Translations under genes and position numbers: made by a program | Shown here: positions 20,925 to 30,305 of the stretch, piece after piece | Position numbering within the stretch: the stretch's first letter is position 1 | How the letters are laid out: each line of letters opens with the position of its first letter | The notes under the pieces: model-generated | Seen by the model: the letters and a program-made list of their open reading frames with translations, nothing else | What the model was told of the DNA's origin: nothing | The model's database searches: none | From: Candidatus Eiseniibacteriota bacterium | GTDB lineage: Bacteria; Eisenbacteria; RBG-16-71-46; JABDJR01 | Assembly (NCBI GenBank): GCA_963783375.1 | Contig: CAWANH010000028.1 | Location: forward strand, 1,824,001-1,888,000 | Length of the DNA: 64,000 bases | Direction: 5' to 3'

Positions 20925-21827
20925 ATGACCGCGCGCACCGCCTCGGCCCTCGCCGGGATCCTGGCCGCCATCGTCGCCCTCGCGCCGGAGGGAGGGGCCT
21001 CGGGGGCCGCTCCCCCCGAGCCCTATCCCATGGCGAGCGGGTGGGCTTCCCGTCCCGCTTTCGCCGACGGAAAGGCCGAGGTGAACACCTACCGGGCGGT
21101 TCTCCACCGCGAGGGGGCGGACCGGGAGACCCGGGTCTACACCCTCCTGGTGGCCGAAGACCTGGATCCCGGTCTCCTGGTCAAGGCCGACGACTGGAAA
21201 CGCCCCGGGCTGCTGCGCGCGTTCAAGTACGCGGTCCAGGCCGACACCCAGGTGGGGATGGCCCGCTACCGGGAATCGGTGAACGTGTTCTTCCAGGCGG
21301 ACGGGTGGCGTCCGGTGAAGCTGGTCCACGCCCACGAGGACTGGTGCGGCATCACCTCCGAGCTCTATGAGAACTTCGGCGACCGGAAGACCTTCCGCTG
21401 GACGAGCTACTGGGAGAAGGACGGAGGCTTCGGGGAGCGCACCCCCGAGGTCTCGGCCCGGGCCGTCCCCGCCGATGCGCTACCCGCCTGGGTGCGGGGG
21501 CTGGATCTCCACGACGGGCTGGCCTTCGACGTGGAGCTCCTCCCGAGCCTCGAGGGCTCCAAGGTCCCCGCCTTCGAGCCCGCCACCGCCCGGCTCACCG
21601 TCACCGGCCCGGTGGACGTGACCGTTCCCGCGGGGACCTTCTCCTCCTGGGAAGTGCGGATCGGGACCGGGTCCGGAGGCTTCGAGGCCGCGGTGGAGGC
21701 CGCGTTCCCCAACCGGGTGGTACGGTGGACGGACGGCAAGGGCCAGACCTTCGCCCTGGAGAAATCCCAGCGGGTGGCCTACTGGGACAAGAACGCCCCC
21801 GGCGACGAGAGCCTGCTTCGGCCCTGA
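20925..21827 (+). CDS. Secreted hypothetical protein
   Basis: Signal peptide, host-like codon usage, AGGAAGGA RBS; DGKAEV, EDWCG, VTVPAGTF, YWDKN motifs. Confidence 0.7.
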   Translation: MTARTASALAGILAAIVALAPEGGASGAAPPEPYPMASGWASRPAFADGKAEVNTYRAVLHREGADRETRVYTLLVAEDLDPGLLVKADDWKRPGLLRAFKYAVQADTQVGMARYRESVNVFFQADGWRPVKLVHAHEDWCGITSELYENFGDRKTFRWTSYWEKDGGFGERTPEVSARAVPADALPAWVRGLDLHDGLAFDVELLPSLEGSKVPAFEPATARLTVTGPVDVTVPAGTFSSWEVRIGTGSGGFEAAVEAAFPNRVVRWTDGKGQTFALEKSQRVAYWDKNAPGDESLLRP

Positions 21828-21867
21828 TTCCCGCGGGAACCCTCCGGGGCCCGCAAGGAGGAGTTCC

Positions 21868-22683
21868 ATGACCGTGAAACCGACCCTGGCCGCCCTCGCC
21901 GCGCTCTGCCTGCTGGGGGCCGGCGCCGCCCGCGGCGCCGAAACCCCCGAGGCGACGGCGTCCTCCCCCAAGGCCGAGAAGATCGTCCGGAAGATGATCG
22001 AGGCCCACGGAGGGATGGATCGCTGGACGAACGCCCCCACCGTGAGCTTCACCGACGAGATCATCCCCGCCTCGAGCCGCGAGGGCCGGCGCATGCACGT
22101 GACGGTGGAGCAGGGCCCCCGCCGGGTGTTCATCGACGTCCCGGGGAGCGGGGCCAGCCTGGCCTGGGACGGGGAAAAGGCCTGGAGCGTGAACTGGAAG
22201 AGCCCGATTCCCCCGCGGTTCCTGGTGCAGCTCGACTACTACTTCCTCTGCCTGCCGTGGCTCACCCAGGACGACGGGGTGATCCTCGGTCCGCCGGGAA
22301 CCGCCCGCCTCTGGGACGACCCCACCGAGTACGTCACCGTGCGCATGACCTTCGCCGCCGGGGTGGGGGACACTCCCCGGGATTACTATCTCCTCTACAT
22401 CGATCCCGAGAGCCATCTGCTCAAGGCCTGCGAGTACATCGTCACCTACGCCGCCCTCCTTCCCCCCGGGGTGGAGCACACGCCGCCCCATACCCTGGTG
22501 GTCGACGACTACGTCGAGGTCGACGGGCTCCGGGTTCCCACCGGCTACACCACCTACACCGCCGATCATCGGGAGTATCTCCACTGCACGGTTTCGGACT
22601 GGTCCTTCAGCAAACCCTTCGACGCCTCGCGGATGGTCATGCCCGAGGGAGCGGTGGTGGACACCACCAGCCCGACCCGCTGA
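21868..22683 (+). CDS. Secreted hypothetical protein (LolA-like/DUF6503-like)
   Basis: Signal peptide, KMIEAHGG.DRW, YYFLCLPW, GDTPRDYYLLYIDP; AAGGAGGAG RBS. Confidence 0.7.
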   Translation: MTVKPTLAALAALCLLGAGAARGAETPEATASSPKAEKIVRKMIEAHGGMDRWTNAPTVSFTDEIIPASSREGRRMHVTVEQGPRRVFIDVPGSGASLAWDGEKAWSVNWKSPIPPRFLVQLDYYFLCLPWLTQDDGVILGPPGTARLWDDPTEYVTVRMTFAAGVGDTPRDYYLLYIDPESHLLKACEYIVTYAALLPPGVEHTPPHTLVVDDYVEVDGLRVPTGYTTYTADHREYLHCTVSDWSFSKPFDASRMVMPEGAVVDTTSPTR

Positions 22684-22765
22684 GCCGCCCACCGGCTCCC
22701 TGGCCGGCGGCGGCCGGATCGGACCGGGTCCCCGTCCGCGGGCTTCCTCGTGTAGGATTCGGGGC

Positions 22766-23665
22766 ATGAGCGCGTCCATGCCCGATCTGAAGCTCGTCCT
22801 CCCCCTCGTCGAGGCCGCCCTGGCCGAGGACGTGGGGCGGGGCGACGCCACCACCGAGGCCACCGTCCCCGAGGGCGCTCCGGCCCTGGCCGAGATCCGG
22901 GCCAAGGAGGCGGGGGTGGTGTGCGGGTTGGCCGTGGCCCGGGCGGTGTTCGCCCGGCTGGACGACCGGGTGGTCTTCGAAGCGGACGCCGCCGACGGCG
23001 ACCGGGTGGCCCCCGGGACGGTGGTGGCCCGCCTTCGCGGGCCGGCCCGCGCGCTCCTCACCGGGGAGCGCACGGCCCTGAACTTCCTCCAGCACCTCTC
23101 GGGGATCGCCACCGCCACCCGGCGGGCGGCGGACCTCCTGGAGGGGACCGGGGTGCGGATCCTCGATACCCGGAAGACGGTTCCCGCCATGCGGGTCCTG
23201 GCCAAGTACGCGGTCCGCTGCGGCGGGGGGACGAACCACCGCCAGGGTCTCTTCGACATGGTCCTGATCAAGGAGAACCACATCGCCGCCGCGGGGGGGA
23301 TCACCGCCGCGGTGGCCCGGGCCCGCAAGGCCCATCCCGAGCTGGCCCTGGAGGTCGAGGTCACCAACCTGGACGAGCTGGCCGAGGCTCTGGCCGCGGG
23401 GCCCGACCGGGTGCTTCTCGACAACTTCGACCCCGGGAAGGTCCGTGAGGCGGTGGCGGCCATCGCCGCCTGGTCGGCCGAGCCCGGACGAAGCCGCCCC
23501 GAGGTGGAGCTCTCCGGCCGCATCACCCCCGAGACCGCCCTCGACTACGCCGTCCCCGGCGTGGACTTCATCTCCTCGGGCGCGCTCACCCATTCGGTCC
23601 GGGCCCTGGATCTCTCCCTGGATCTCCGCCTGGCCCCGGACGGCGCCTCGGTGGGCGGCCCCTGA
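22766..23665 (+). CDS. nadC: Nicotinate-nucleotide pyrophosphorylase (carboxylating)
   Basis: ALAEDVGRGDATT, ERTALNFLQHLSGIAT, DTRKT, NHR.GL.DMVLIKENH, LLDNF, GALTHS. Confidence 0.97.
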   Translation: MSASMPDLKLVLPLVEAALAEDVGRGDATTEATVPEGAPALAEIRAKEAGVVCGLAVARAVFARLDDRVVFEADAADGDRVAPGTVVARLRGPARALLTGERTALNFLQHLSGIATATRRAADLLEGTGVRILDTRKTVPAMRVLAKYAVRCGGGTNHRQGLFDMVLIKENHIAAAGGITAAVARARKAHPELALEVEVTNLDELAEALAAGPDRVLLDNFDPGKVREAVAAIAAWSAEPGRSRPEVELSGRITPETALDYAVPGVDFISSGALTHSVRALDLSLDLRLAPDGASVGGP

Positions 23666-24462
23666 TGCAGCTCACCGCGGCCAACCTGCAACTCGCATTT
23701 CGGAACTCGGACTTCGTCCGCCATTTCTTCTTCTACCCGTCCATCGGCTCCACCAACGACAAGGCCAAGGCGCTGGCCCAGGTCGGGACCGAGGAGGGCA
23801 CCCTGGTGGTGGCCGACGCCCAGACCTCGGGGCGGGGAAGGCTGGCCCGGAACTGGTTCTCTCCGGCCGGGCTCGGTCTCTACGTCTCGATCATCTTCCG
23901 CCCCCAGGTGCCGGCGGAGTCCGCCTCCGGGATCCTGATGGCCGTCACCCTGGCCGCGGCGGAGGCGGTGGAGAGCGAGCGCATCGGCGGGGTGGTGGGG
24001 ATCAAGTGGCCCAACGACCTCATGATGGAAGGGCGGAAGCTGGGGGGGATCCTCTGTGAGATGGGGGTCCAGGGCGGGGTGCTGGAGTGGTGCGTGGCCG
24101 GGCTGGGCCTGAACGTGAACCATACCCCCAAGGACTTTCCGGCCGAGATCCGGGAAAAGGCGGTGTCGGTGCGCGAGCTCTGCCACCGGCGCCTGGACCG
24201 CCTGGCCATCCTGCTCCGGCTGGTGGAGCGGGCCTCGGCCAACTACGATCTCTTCCGCCGGGAGGGGACCGAGGCCCTGGCTCCCGCCTGGCGCCGCCGT
24301 TCCTCCATCCTGGGACGCGAGGTGCGGGTGGAGACCTCGGGCGAGGTGGTGGTGGGAACCGCGGTGGGGATCGAGCCCGACGGCGCGCTCCGGGTCCGGC
24401 TGGAGAGCGGCTCCGAGGAGGTCCTCCACGTGGGGGACGTCCACCTCGTCCAGGTGCGTTGA
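23665..24462 (+). CDS. birA: Biotin--[acetyl-CoA-carboxylase] ligase (no N-terminal HTH)
   Basis: STND, QTSGRGRLARNWFSP, KWPNDL, KLGGIL, GLNVN; TGATG coupling to nadC. Confidence 0.95.
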   Translation: MQLTAANLQLAFRNSDFVRHFFFYPSIGSTNDKAKALAQVGTEEGTLVVADAQTSGRGRLARNWFSPAGLGLYVSIIFRPQVPAESASGILMAVTLAAAEAVESERIGGVVGIKWPNDLMMEGRKLGGILCEMGVQGGVLEWCVAGLGLNVNHTPKDFPAEIREKAVSVRELCHRRLDRLAILLRLVERASANYDLFRREGTEALAPAWRRRSSILGREVRVETSGEVVVGTAVGIEPDGALRVRLESGSEEVLHVGDVHLVQVR

Positions 24463-24523
24463 TCGACCCCGACCCGGCTCCCCGGCCCTTCGGAGAGTCG
24501 ATCCGAGAGGAACTTCACCGGCC

Positions 24524-25876
24524 ATGAACCGTTCCCCCCGCGAACTCGCCCACCGCTGGTTCCGCCAGCCCATCGTGGACTTCTTCGAGACCGAGGCCTC
24601 GGGCGGGATCATCCTGATCCTGGCCACCGCGGTCGCGCTCCTGTGGGCCAACTCTCCCTGGCGCGACGCCTACCACGACCTCTGGCACGCCCACGCCGGC
24701 CTGTCCTTCGGGAACCGGGGCCTCGATCTTTCCCTCCATCACTGGATCAACGACGGGTTGATGGCGGTGTTCTTCTTCTACGTGGGGCTCGAGATCAAGC
24801 GAGAGCTTCTGACCGGGGAGCTGGCCTCGTGGCGGAAGGCGGCGCTCCCCGCCATGGGGGCCCTGGGCGGGATGCTGGTCCCGGCCGGACTCTACGCGCT
24901 CGTGAACGCGGGCGGGGACGGGGCGGCGGGATGGGGGATCCCCATGGCCACCGACATCGCCTTCGCCATCGGCGTCCTGATGCTCCTGGGGAAACGGATT
25001 CCCCTGGGGCTCAAGGTCTTCCTCACCGCCCTGGCGGTGGTGGACGACCTGGGGGCGGTCCTGGTCATCGCGGTCTTCTATACCGCCGGGATCTCCTGGT
25101 GGCACCTTCTGGCCGGGATCGGGGTCCTGGCCCTGATGACGGTGGCGGCGCGGCTCGGCATGCGGCGGCGGCTCTTCTTCGCCGCGGCGGGGATCGTGGT
25201 CTGGTACCTCTTTCTCCGGAGCGGGGTCCACGCCACGGTGGCCGGTGTGCTCGCCGCGCTGACCGTGCCCCATGCGGTGGCCAAGGGGCGACGCGAATTC
25301 GTGGACCGGATGGACGAGGTCACCGACGCGATCCTGGAGCGTGAGGAGCGCGGGGCCCCGGTCACCGACGAAGAGCACGAGGTGGCGCTCCAGACCGTGC
25401 ACGACCTGGCCGAGAAGGCCGGGTCCCCGCTCCAGCACATGGAGCACCAGCTCGCTCCCTGGGTGGCCTACGGGGTGATGCCGGTCTTCGCCCTGGCCAA
25501 CGCCGGGCTGGAGATCGACGCCGGCGCCCTGGGCCGGGGCCTCGCCGATCCGGTGCCCCAGGGCATCCTCCTCGGCCTGGTGGCCGGGAAGCAGGTGGGG
25601 GTCTTCGCCTTCTCGTGGCTCGCGGTCCGGCTCGGGTGGGCCCGGCTTCCGAGCGGAGTGAACTGGAGAAGCCTCCACGGGGCGGCGGTCCTGGCGGGGA
25701 TCGGGTTCACCATGTCGCTCTTCATCGCCAACCTGGCCTTCGGCGCCGGCGCGCTCCTGGAGGAGGCCAAGATGGGGATCCTCCTGGCCTCGGCGGTCTC
25801 GGCGCTGGCTGGAGCCGCGCTTCTCCTCGGCGCGCCCGGTTCCCGGCCGGCGGAGACCGCGACCGGCGGGCCCTGA
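24524..25876 (+). CDS. nhaA: Na+/H+ antiporter NhaA
   Basis: WINDGLMAVFF, GLEIKRE, GWGIPMATDIAF, LAVVDDLG, GIGFTMSLFI. Confidence 0.96.
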   Translation: MNRSPRELAHRWFRQPIVDFFETEASGGIILILATAVALLWANSPWRDAYHDLWHAHAGLSFGNRGLDLSLHHWINDGLMAVFFFYVGLEIKRELLTGELASWRKAALPAMGALGGMLVPAGLYALVNAGGDGAAGWGIPMATDIAFAIGVLMLLGKRIPLGLKVFLTALAVVDDLGAVLVIAVFYTAGISWWHLLAGIGVLALMTVAARLGMRRRLFFAAAGIVVWYLFLRSGVHATVAGVLAALTVPHAVAKGRREFVDRMDEVTDAILEREERGAPVTDEEHEVALQTVHDLAEKAGSPLQHMEHQLAPWVAYGVMPVFALANAGLEIDAGALGRGLADPVPQGILLGLVAGKQVGVFAFSWLAVRLGWARLPSGVNWRSLHGAAVLAGIGFTMSLFIANLAFGAGALLEEAKMGILLASAVSALAGAALLLGAPGSRPAETATGGP

Positions 25877-25962
25877 CCCCGTATGATCGGGTCCGGCCGA
25901 CTCGTGGCGCCCGCGGCGATCGGTCGCTGGTGAAGGTCCCGGGCCCAGGAGGTGCCTCCGCG

Positions 25963-26829
25963 ATGCGGTTCGTCAAGATGGAAGGCTGCGGAAACGACTA
26001 CGTATTCGTGGACCGCGGGATCGGCCCCGACCCGGTGGAGCCGGGCGCCCTGGGGGACCCGGGCGCCTTGGCCCGGCGGATCTCCGATCGCCACCGCGGG
26101 GTGGGCTCCGACGGCCTCATCCTGCTCCTTCCCGGGGAGGGCGCCCCGGTCCGGATGGTCATGTACAACGCGGACGGCTCCGAGGGGCGCCTGTGTCTGA
26201 ACGGCCTCCGCTGCGCGGCCAAGTACGCGGCGGACACCGCGGGGGGTGGCCCCGACGCCTTCGACGTGGAGACGGCGTCGGGCCGGTTTCCGGTGCGCGT
26301 GTTCCGAGGCCCCGACGGCGCGGTGGCCGAGGTCGAGGTGCGGGTTCGAACCCCCGATTTCCGCCGGAGCGCCCTTCCCGCCCTCGGGTCCGAACCCGGG
26401 ATCTGGGGAGAGGTCTTCCCCGCCGGCGGCATGGATCTCCCCGGCTACGGGGTGAGCGTTGGGAACCCCCACCTGGTGCTCTGGGCCTCCGACGAGGAAG
26501 CGCTCCGGCGCGCTCCCCTGGAGGCGATCGGGGAGCCCCTGGAGCGCGATCCCCGGTTCCCCGAGGGGATCAACGTGCACCTCGCCGCCGATCGGAAGGA
26601 GGGCGGCTTCGTCATGCGCTCCTGGGAGCGGGGATCGGGGATCACCCTGGCCTGCGGGAGCGGGTCGGTGGCGGTGTTCGCGGTGGCGCTCCGGCTGGGG
26701 CGGGCGGAGAGCCCCTCCGTGGTCGAGATGCCGGGGGGCGAGGTCCGCATGCGCGCGCTCGAGGACGGAGCGATCGTCATGACCGGCCCGGCCCGGGAGG
26801 TCTTTCGGGGGGAGTGGCCGGGGGCCTGA
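25963..26829 (+). CDS. dapF: Diaminopimelate epimerase
   Basis: FVKMEGCGNDY, NADGS...CLNGLRC, GNPH, ERGSGITLACGSG; AGGAGG RBS. Confidence 0.93.
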   Translation: MRFVKMEGCGNDYVFVDRGIGPDPVEPGALGDPGALARRISDRHRGVGSDGLILLLPGEGAPVRMVMYNADGSEGRLCLNGLRCAAKYAADTAGGGPDAFDVETASGRFPVRVFRGPDGAVAEVEVRVRTPDFRRSALPALGSEPGIWGEVFPAGGMDLPGYGVSVGNPHLVLWASDEEALRRAPLEAIGEPLERDPRFPEGINVHLAADRKEGGFVMRSWERGSGITLACGSGSVAVFAVALRLGRAESPSVVEMPGGEVRMRALEDGAIVMTGPAREVFRGEWPGA

Positions 26830-26844
26830 CCGGAGCGGCCGGGG

Positions 26845-27378
26845 TCAGACCGAGGCGTCGCGGTGGCGCGCGATCGGAAGCCGGTCGAGCCGCTCGAGCA
26901 GCACGTCCCGGGGCTCGTCGGGAAGGAGGGGTGCCACGAGTCGCGCTCCCCAGCTCAGGTAGGGGACCATCGTCGATCGGGCGAGAATCGGGCTCGAGGG
27001 CTCGAGGAAGAGGGTGAGCCCGAGGACGATGAAGAGGCCGATCACCAGGGCCCGCACCACCCCGAACGCCCCCCCCAGGAGCCGGTTCAGGGGGCCGAGC
27101 TGAGCCAGCTCCACCACCTTCGTGATGAGCCAGGCCAGGAGCGCCGCCACGATCAGGGTGCCCACGAAGAGGAGCACCAGGGCCGCGGCGTAGGCCGCGC
27201 TCTGGTTGGGGATCCAGCGGGCGAGGGCGGGAGCGAGCCGGGGGCTCAGGAGAAAGGCCACCAGGACCCCGGCCAGAACCCCGGCCAGGGAGAAGATCTC
27301 CTTCACCAGGCCCTTCCAGAGCCCGCCGAACACCGAGAGCGCCAGGATCACCAGGAGCGCCACGTCGAGAACGTTCAT
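26845..27378 (-). CDS. cvpA: CvpA family membrane protein
   Basis: GLWKGLVKE, NRLLGGAFG, 4-5 TM helices. Confidence 0.88.
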   Translation of the reverse strand: MNVLDVALLVILALSVFGGLWKGLVKEIFSLAGVLAGVLVAFLLSPRLAPALARWIPNQSAAYAAALVLLFVGTLIVAALLAWLITKVVELAQLGPLNRLLGGAFGVVRALVIGLFIVLGLTLFLEPSSPILARSTMVPYLSWGARLVAPLLPDEPRDVLLERLDRLPIARHRDASV

Positions 27379-28823
27379 CCGCCGCCGTTCATCGCCGGTT
27401 TTCCCGGCCCCGCCTGGAACACCCGGGCCTCGAAGACCTCGATCCGCGCGTTTCCCCGCCAGGCGTCGGGGGGGAGGCCGGCCTTGACGCAGGTCTGGGC
27501 GAGGAGCGTCTCCCGGTCCCAGCCGTACTCGTCGGCCAGCTGCGGAAGCAGGAGTCCCCGCCGGTGTCCGGAGGTGATGATGACCCCGTGCCGTCCCGCC
27601 ACGACCTCCTCCGGGTCCGCGACTTCGCGGGGCTCGCTCAGCACGCTCACCTCCACCGTCATCTCCTCCATCTCATCGGGACTCACCGGGTTGAAGCGCG
27701 GGTCCTCGTGGGCCGCTCCCCGCGCCGCCCGGGCCACGGCCTCCCAGAGGGGGCGCCCGCGCTCGAGGGTGCCGATGCACCCTCGAAGGTCGTGTCCCCG
27801 CCGGAGGGTGACGAAGGCGCGGCCGGGGCGGCGGAGCGCGGCGGTGAAACGCGGGACGGCGAGGCTCGGGTACGGCGCACCGACGGGGGTCCGGGCCGAC
27901 TCGAAGGCGAGGGAGAGGAGCGCGTCGGCCTCGGCGGGGCTGATCTCGATCTCGTGGGCCATGAACTCCACCTTCCGGGGGGGCATGCCGCGATAGAAGG
28001 CGGCGGCGAGGTAGCCGACCACGCTCTTCACCTCGCCGTTGGCGTCGGCGCTGTCCGCGTAGCGCAGCACCGCCGAGCCCTCGGCGCCGGCGATCCCCGC
28101 CCCCAGCATCACCGAGACCAGGGGATCCCCCCCGCAGGCCTCGACCCGGCCCTCGCGCAGATCCTCCCAGAGCGACGTGGGGGCGAAGGCGCGCACCAGC
28201 TCCTGCACCCGGCCGTCGAGCTTTCGGGCCACCTCCCGCGGATGATAGTGGGAGAGATCGGTCGAGGCCACGAGCACCACCTTCGGGTTGTCGAGGGCCC
28301 GGGAGAGGAGGTTGGCCAGCTGCTCCACGTTGGTGCGGGAGCGAAAGCCCATGAGGACGGGGACGATGCGCGCCCGGGGGAGCACGCGCTGGAGGAACGG
28401 GAGCTGGACCTCGAGGGAGTGCTCGCGGCGGTGGGCTTCGGGTGCCGCCCGGACCCCGGCCCCGGCGCCCAGGAAGAGATCGGCGAGCTCGACGTCGATG
28501 TCCACCTCGCCGAGGGGAGTGCGGAAGGCGCCCTCGGGATAGATCGCGATTCCCTCGAACCCGATGTAGTGATCGGGGCCCACCAGGACCACGGTGTCCA
28601 CCGCGCGGCCCTTGAGACAGGCGAAGGCCTCCGCGGCCACCTGACCCGAAAACGGATAGCCGGCGTGGGGGCAGGCCAGGGCCCGGACCTCCCGGTCGGG
28701 ATCGATCCGGGGCGTCGCCCGGCTCAGGAGCAGGTCGATCTGTTCGGTGAGCGCTTCGGGATCGCTGGGGTAGAAGGTTCCGGCCACCGCGGGCTCGCGG
28801 ACCGGACGCGAGGGACCAACCAA
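27375..28823 (-). CDS. AmmeMemoRadiSam system protein B (MEMO1) - protein A (AMMECR1) fusion
   Basis: REPAVAGTFYP, PHAGY, EHSLEVQLPFLQ, STDLSHY, VVGY; then AFVTL..LRGCIG, DPRF, GLLLPQ, KAGL. Confidence 0.92.
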   Translation of the reverse strand: MVGPSRPVREPAVAGTFYPSDPEALTEQIDLLLSRATPRIDPDREVRALACPHAGYPFSGQVAAEAFACLKGRAVDTVVLVGPDHYIGFEGIAIYPEGAFRTPLGEVDIDVELADLFLGAGAGVRAAPEAHRREHSLEVQLPFLQRVLPRARIVPVLMGFRSRTNVEQLANLLSRALDNPKVVLVASTDLSHYHPREVARKLDGRVQELVRAFAPTSLWEDLREGRVEACGGDPLVSVMLGAGIAGAEGSAVLRYADSADANGEVKSVVGYLAAAFYRGMPPRKVEFMAHEIEISPAEADALLSLAFESARTPVGAPYPSLAVPRFTAALRRPGRAFVTLRRGHDLRGCIGTLERGRPLWEAVARAARGAAHEDPRFNPVSPDEMEEMTVEVSVLSEPREVADPEEVVAGRHGVIITSGHRRGLLLPQLADEYGWDRETLLAQTCVKAGLPPDAWRGNARIEVFEARVFQAGPGKPAMNGGG

Positions 28824-28970
28824 ACGCGAATCCTCCCCGCAGGTGAAATTGCCGAACTCACGGTATCATCGCGCGGTAGCGGCCACAAGTGCCCGCCGGG
28901 GGAGGGCCCGTGCGCTCCCGGGTCCTCGCCCGAGCAATTCCCGGTCCGCCACCGCCCGCGTCCAACCTCG

Positions 28971-28999
28971 TTGACACCCTTCGGGGCCCAAACTATGCT
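28971..28999 (+). promoter_or_regulatory. Sigma70-type promoter of leucine dehydrogenase
   Basis: TTGACA (28971-28976), 17 bp spacer, TATGCT (28994-28999). Confidence 0.75.
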
Positions 29000-29005
29000 T
29001 TTTTC

Positions 29006-29033
29006 CGCATCGCATCGCATCGCATCGCATCGC
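29006..29033 (+). repeat. Pentanucleotide microsatellite (CGCAT)5 plus CGC
   Basis: cgcatcgcatcgcatcgcatcgcatcgc read directly from the sequence. Confidence 0.9.
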
Positions 29034-29112
29034 TTCCGCGGCGGCGGCGGGCCGTCGCGTCCCCGCTCACCCGACGCAACAGGTCATCACCCTCGGAAAC
29101 AAGGAGTCGCGT

Positions 29113-30225
29113 ATGCCCGGCGGGGTCTTCGAACGCATGGGTCTCAGGGACCACGAGCAGGTCGTCTTCTGCTCGGACAAATCCACCGGTCTCCGGGCGA
29201 TCATCGCCATTCACAACACCGTGCTCGGCCCGGCCCTCGGCGGTTGCCGGATGTGGCCCTTCGCCAGCGAGGACGAGGCCCTGGAGGATGTGCTCCGGCT
29301 CTCCCGCGGAATGTCGTACAAGGCCGCGGTGGCGGGGCTGAACCTGGGCGGGGGGAAGGCGGTCATCATCGGCGACCCCAAGAAGCAGAAGTCCGAGGCC
29401 CTCTTCCGCACCTTCGGCCGCTTCGTCCACAGCCTGGGCGGGCGCTACATCTCCGCCGAGGACGTCGGCACCAACGTCAACGACATGGAATGGGTGCGGA
29501 TGGAGACCCCCTACGTCACCGGCATCAGTCGCGCCCTGGGGGGAAGCGGCGATCCCTCGCCCTTCACCGCCCGCGGGGTCTACATGGGGATGAAGGCCTG
29601 CGCCCGGTGGGCGGGGGGAAGCGACGACCTTTCCGGCCTGACGGTGGCGGTCCAGGGCCTCGGGCACACCGGCTACTACCTGACCGAGTACCTTCACCGC
29701 GAGGGCGTGAAGCTCTACGTCACCGACATCGACGAGGACATGGTGCGGAAGGCGGTCGATGAGTTCGGAGCGGAGGCGGTCTCCCCCGACGCCATCTACG
29801 ACATCGAGGCCGACGTGTTCGCCCCCTGCGCCCTGGGCGGGGTGGTCAACGACGACACCCTTCCCCGGCTCAAGGCGCGGATCATCGCCGGTTCCGCCAA
29901 CAACGTGCTGAAGGACGAGGATCGCCACGGCCCCATGCTCCGCAAGGCGGAGATCCTCTACGCCCCCGACTTCGTGATCAACGCGGGAGGGCTCATCAAC
30001 GTGGCCAACGAGCTCGAGGGCTACAATCAGGAGCGGGCGAAGCGGCAGGTGGAGACGATCTACAACATCCTCATGGAGATCTTCGCGGTCTCCAAACGGG
30101 ACGACGTGCCCACCGCCCTGGCCGCCAACAAGGTGGCCGAGCAGCGCATCGAGAAGATGTCCCGGGTGAAGCGGACCTGGGTGGGGCCTCAGGACCTGGC
30201 TTCTCCCCGCCGCCGCCACCGGTAG
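29113..30225 (+). CDS. ldh: Leucine dehydrogenase (Glu/Leu/Phe/Val dehydrogenase family)
   Basis: [61 protein letters not shown]. Confidence 0.93.
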   Translation: MPGGVFERMGLRDHEQVVFCSDKSTGLRAIIAIHNTVLGPALGGCRMWPFASEDEALEDVLRLSRGMSYKAAVAGLNLGGGKAVIIGDPKKQKSEALFRTFGRFVHSLGGRYISAEDVGTNVNDMEWVRMETPYVTGISRALGGSGDPSPFTARGVYMGMKACARWAGGSDDLSGLTVAVQGLGHTGYYLTEYLHREGVKLYVTDIDEDMVRKAVDEFGAEAVSPDAIYDIEADVFAPCALGGVVNDDTLPRLKARIIAGSANNVLKDEDRHGPMLRKAEILYAPDFVINAGGLINVANELEGYNQERAKRQVETIYNILMEIFAVSKRDDVPTALAANKVAEQRIEKMSRVKRTWVGPQDLASPRRRHR

Positions 30226-30305
30226 CCGCGGGCGGATCTCCGGATCCACGCCGGCCGGGGACGCCGTTCCGGTCGAACCCCCCGCCGGTCGGCCGGGGCG
30301 GGACG

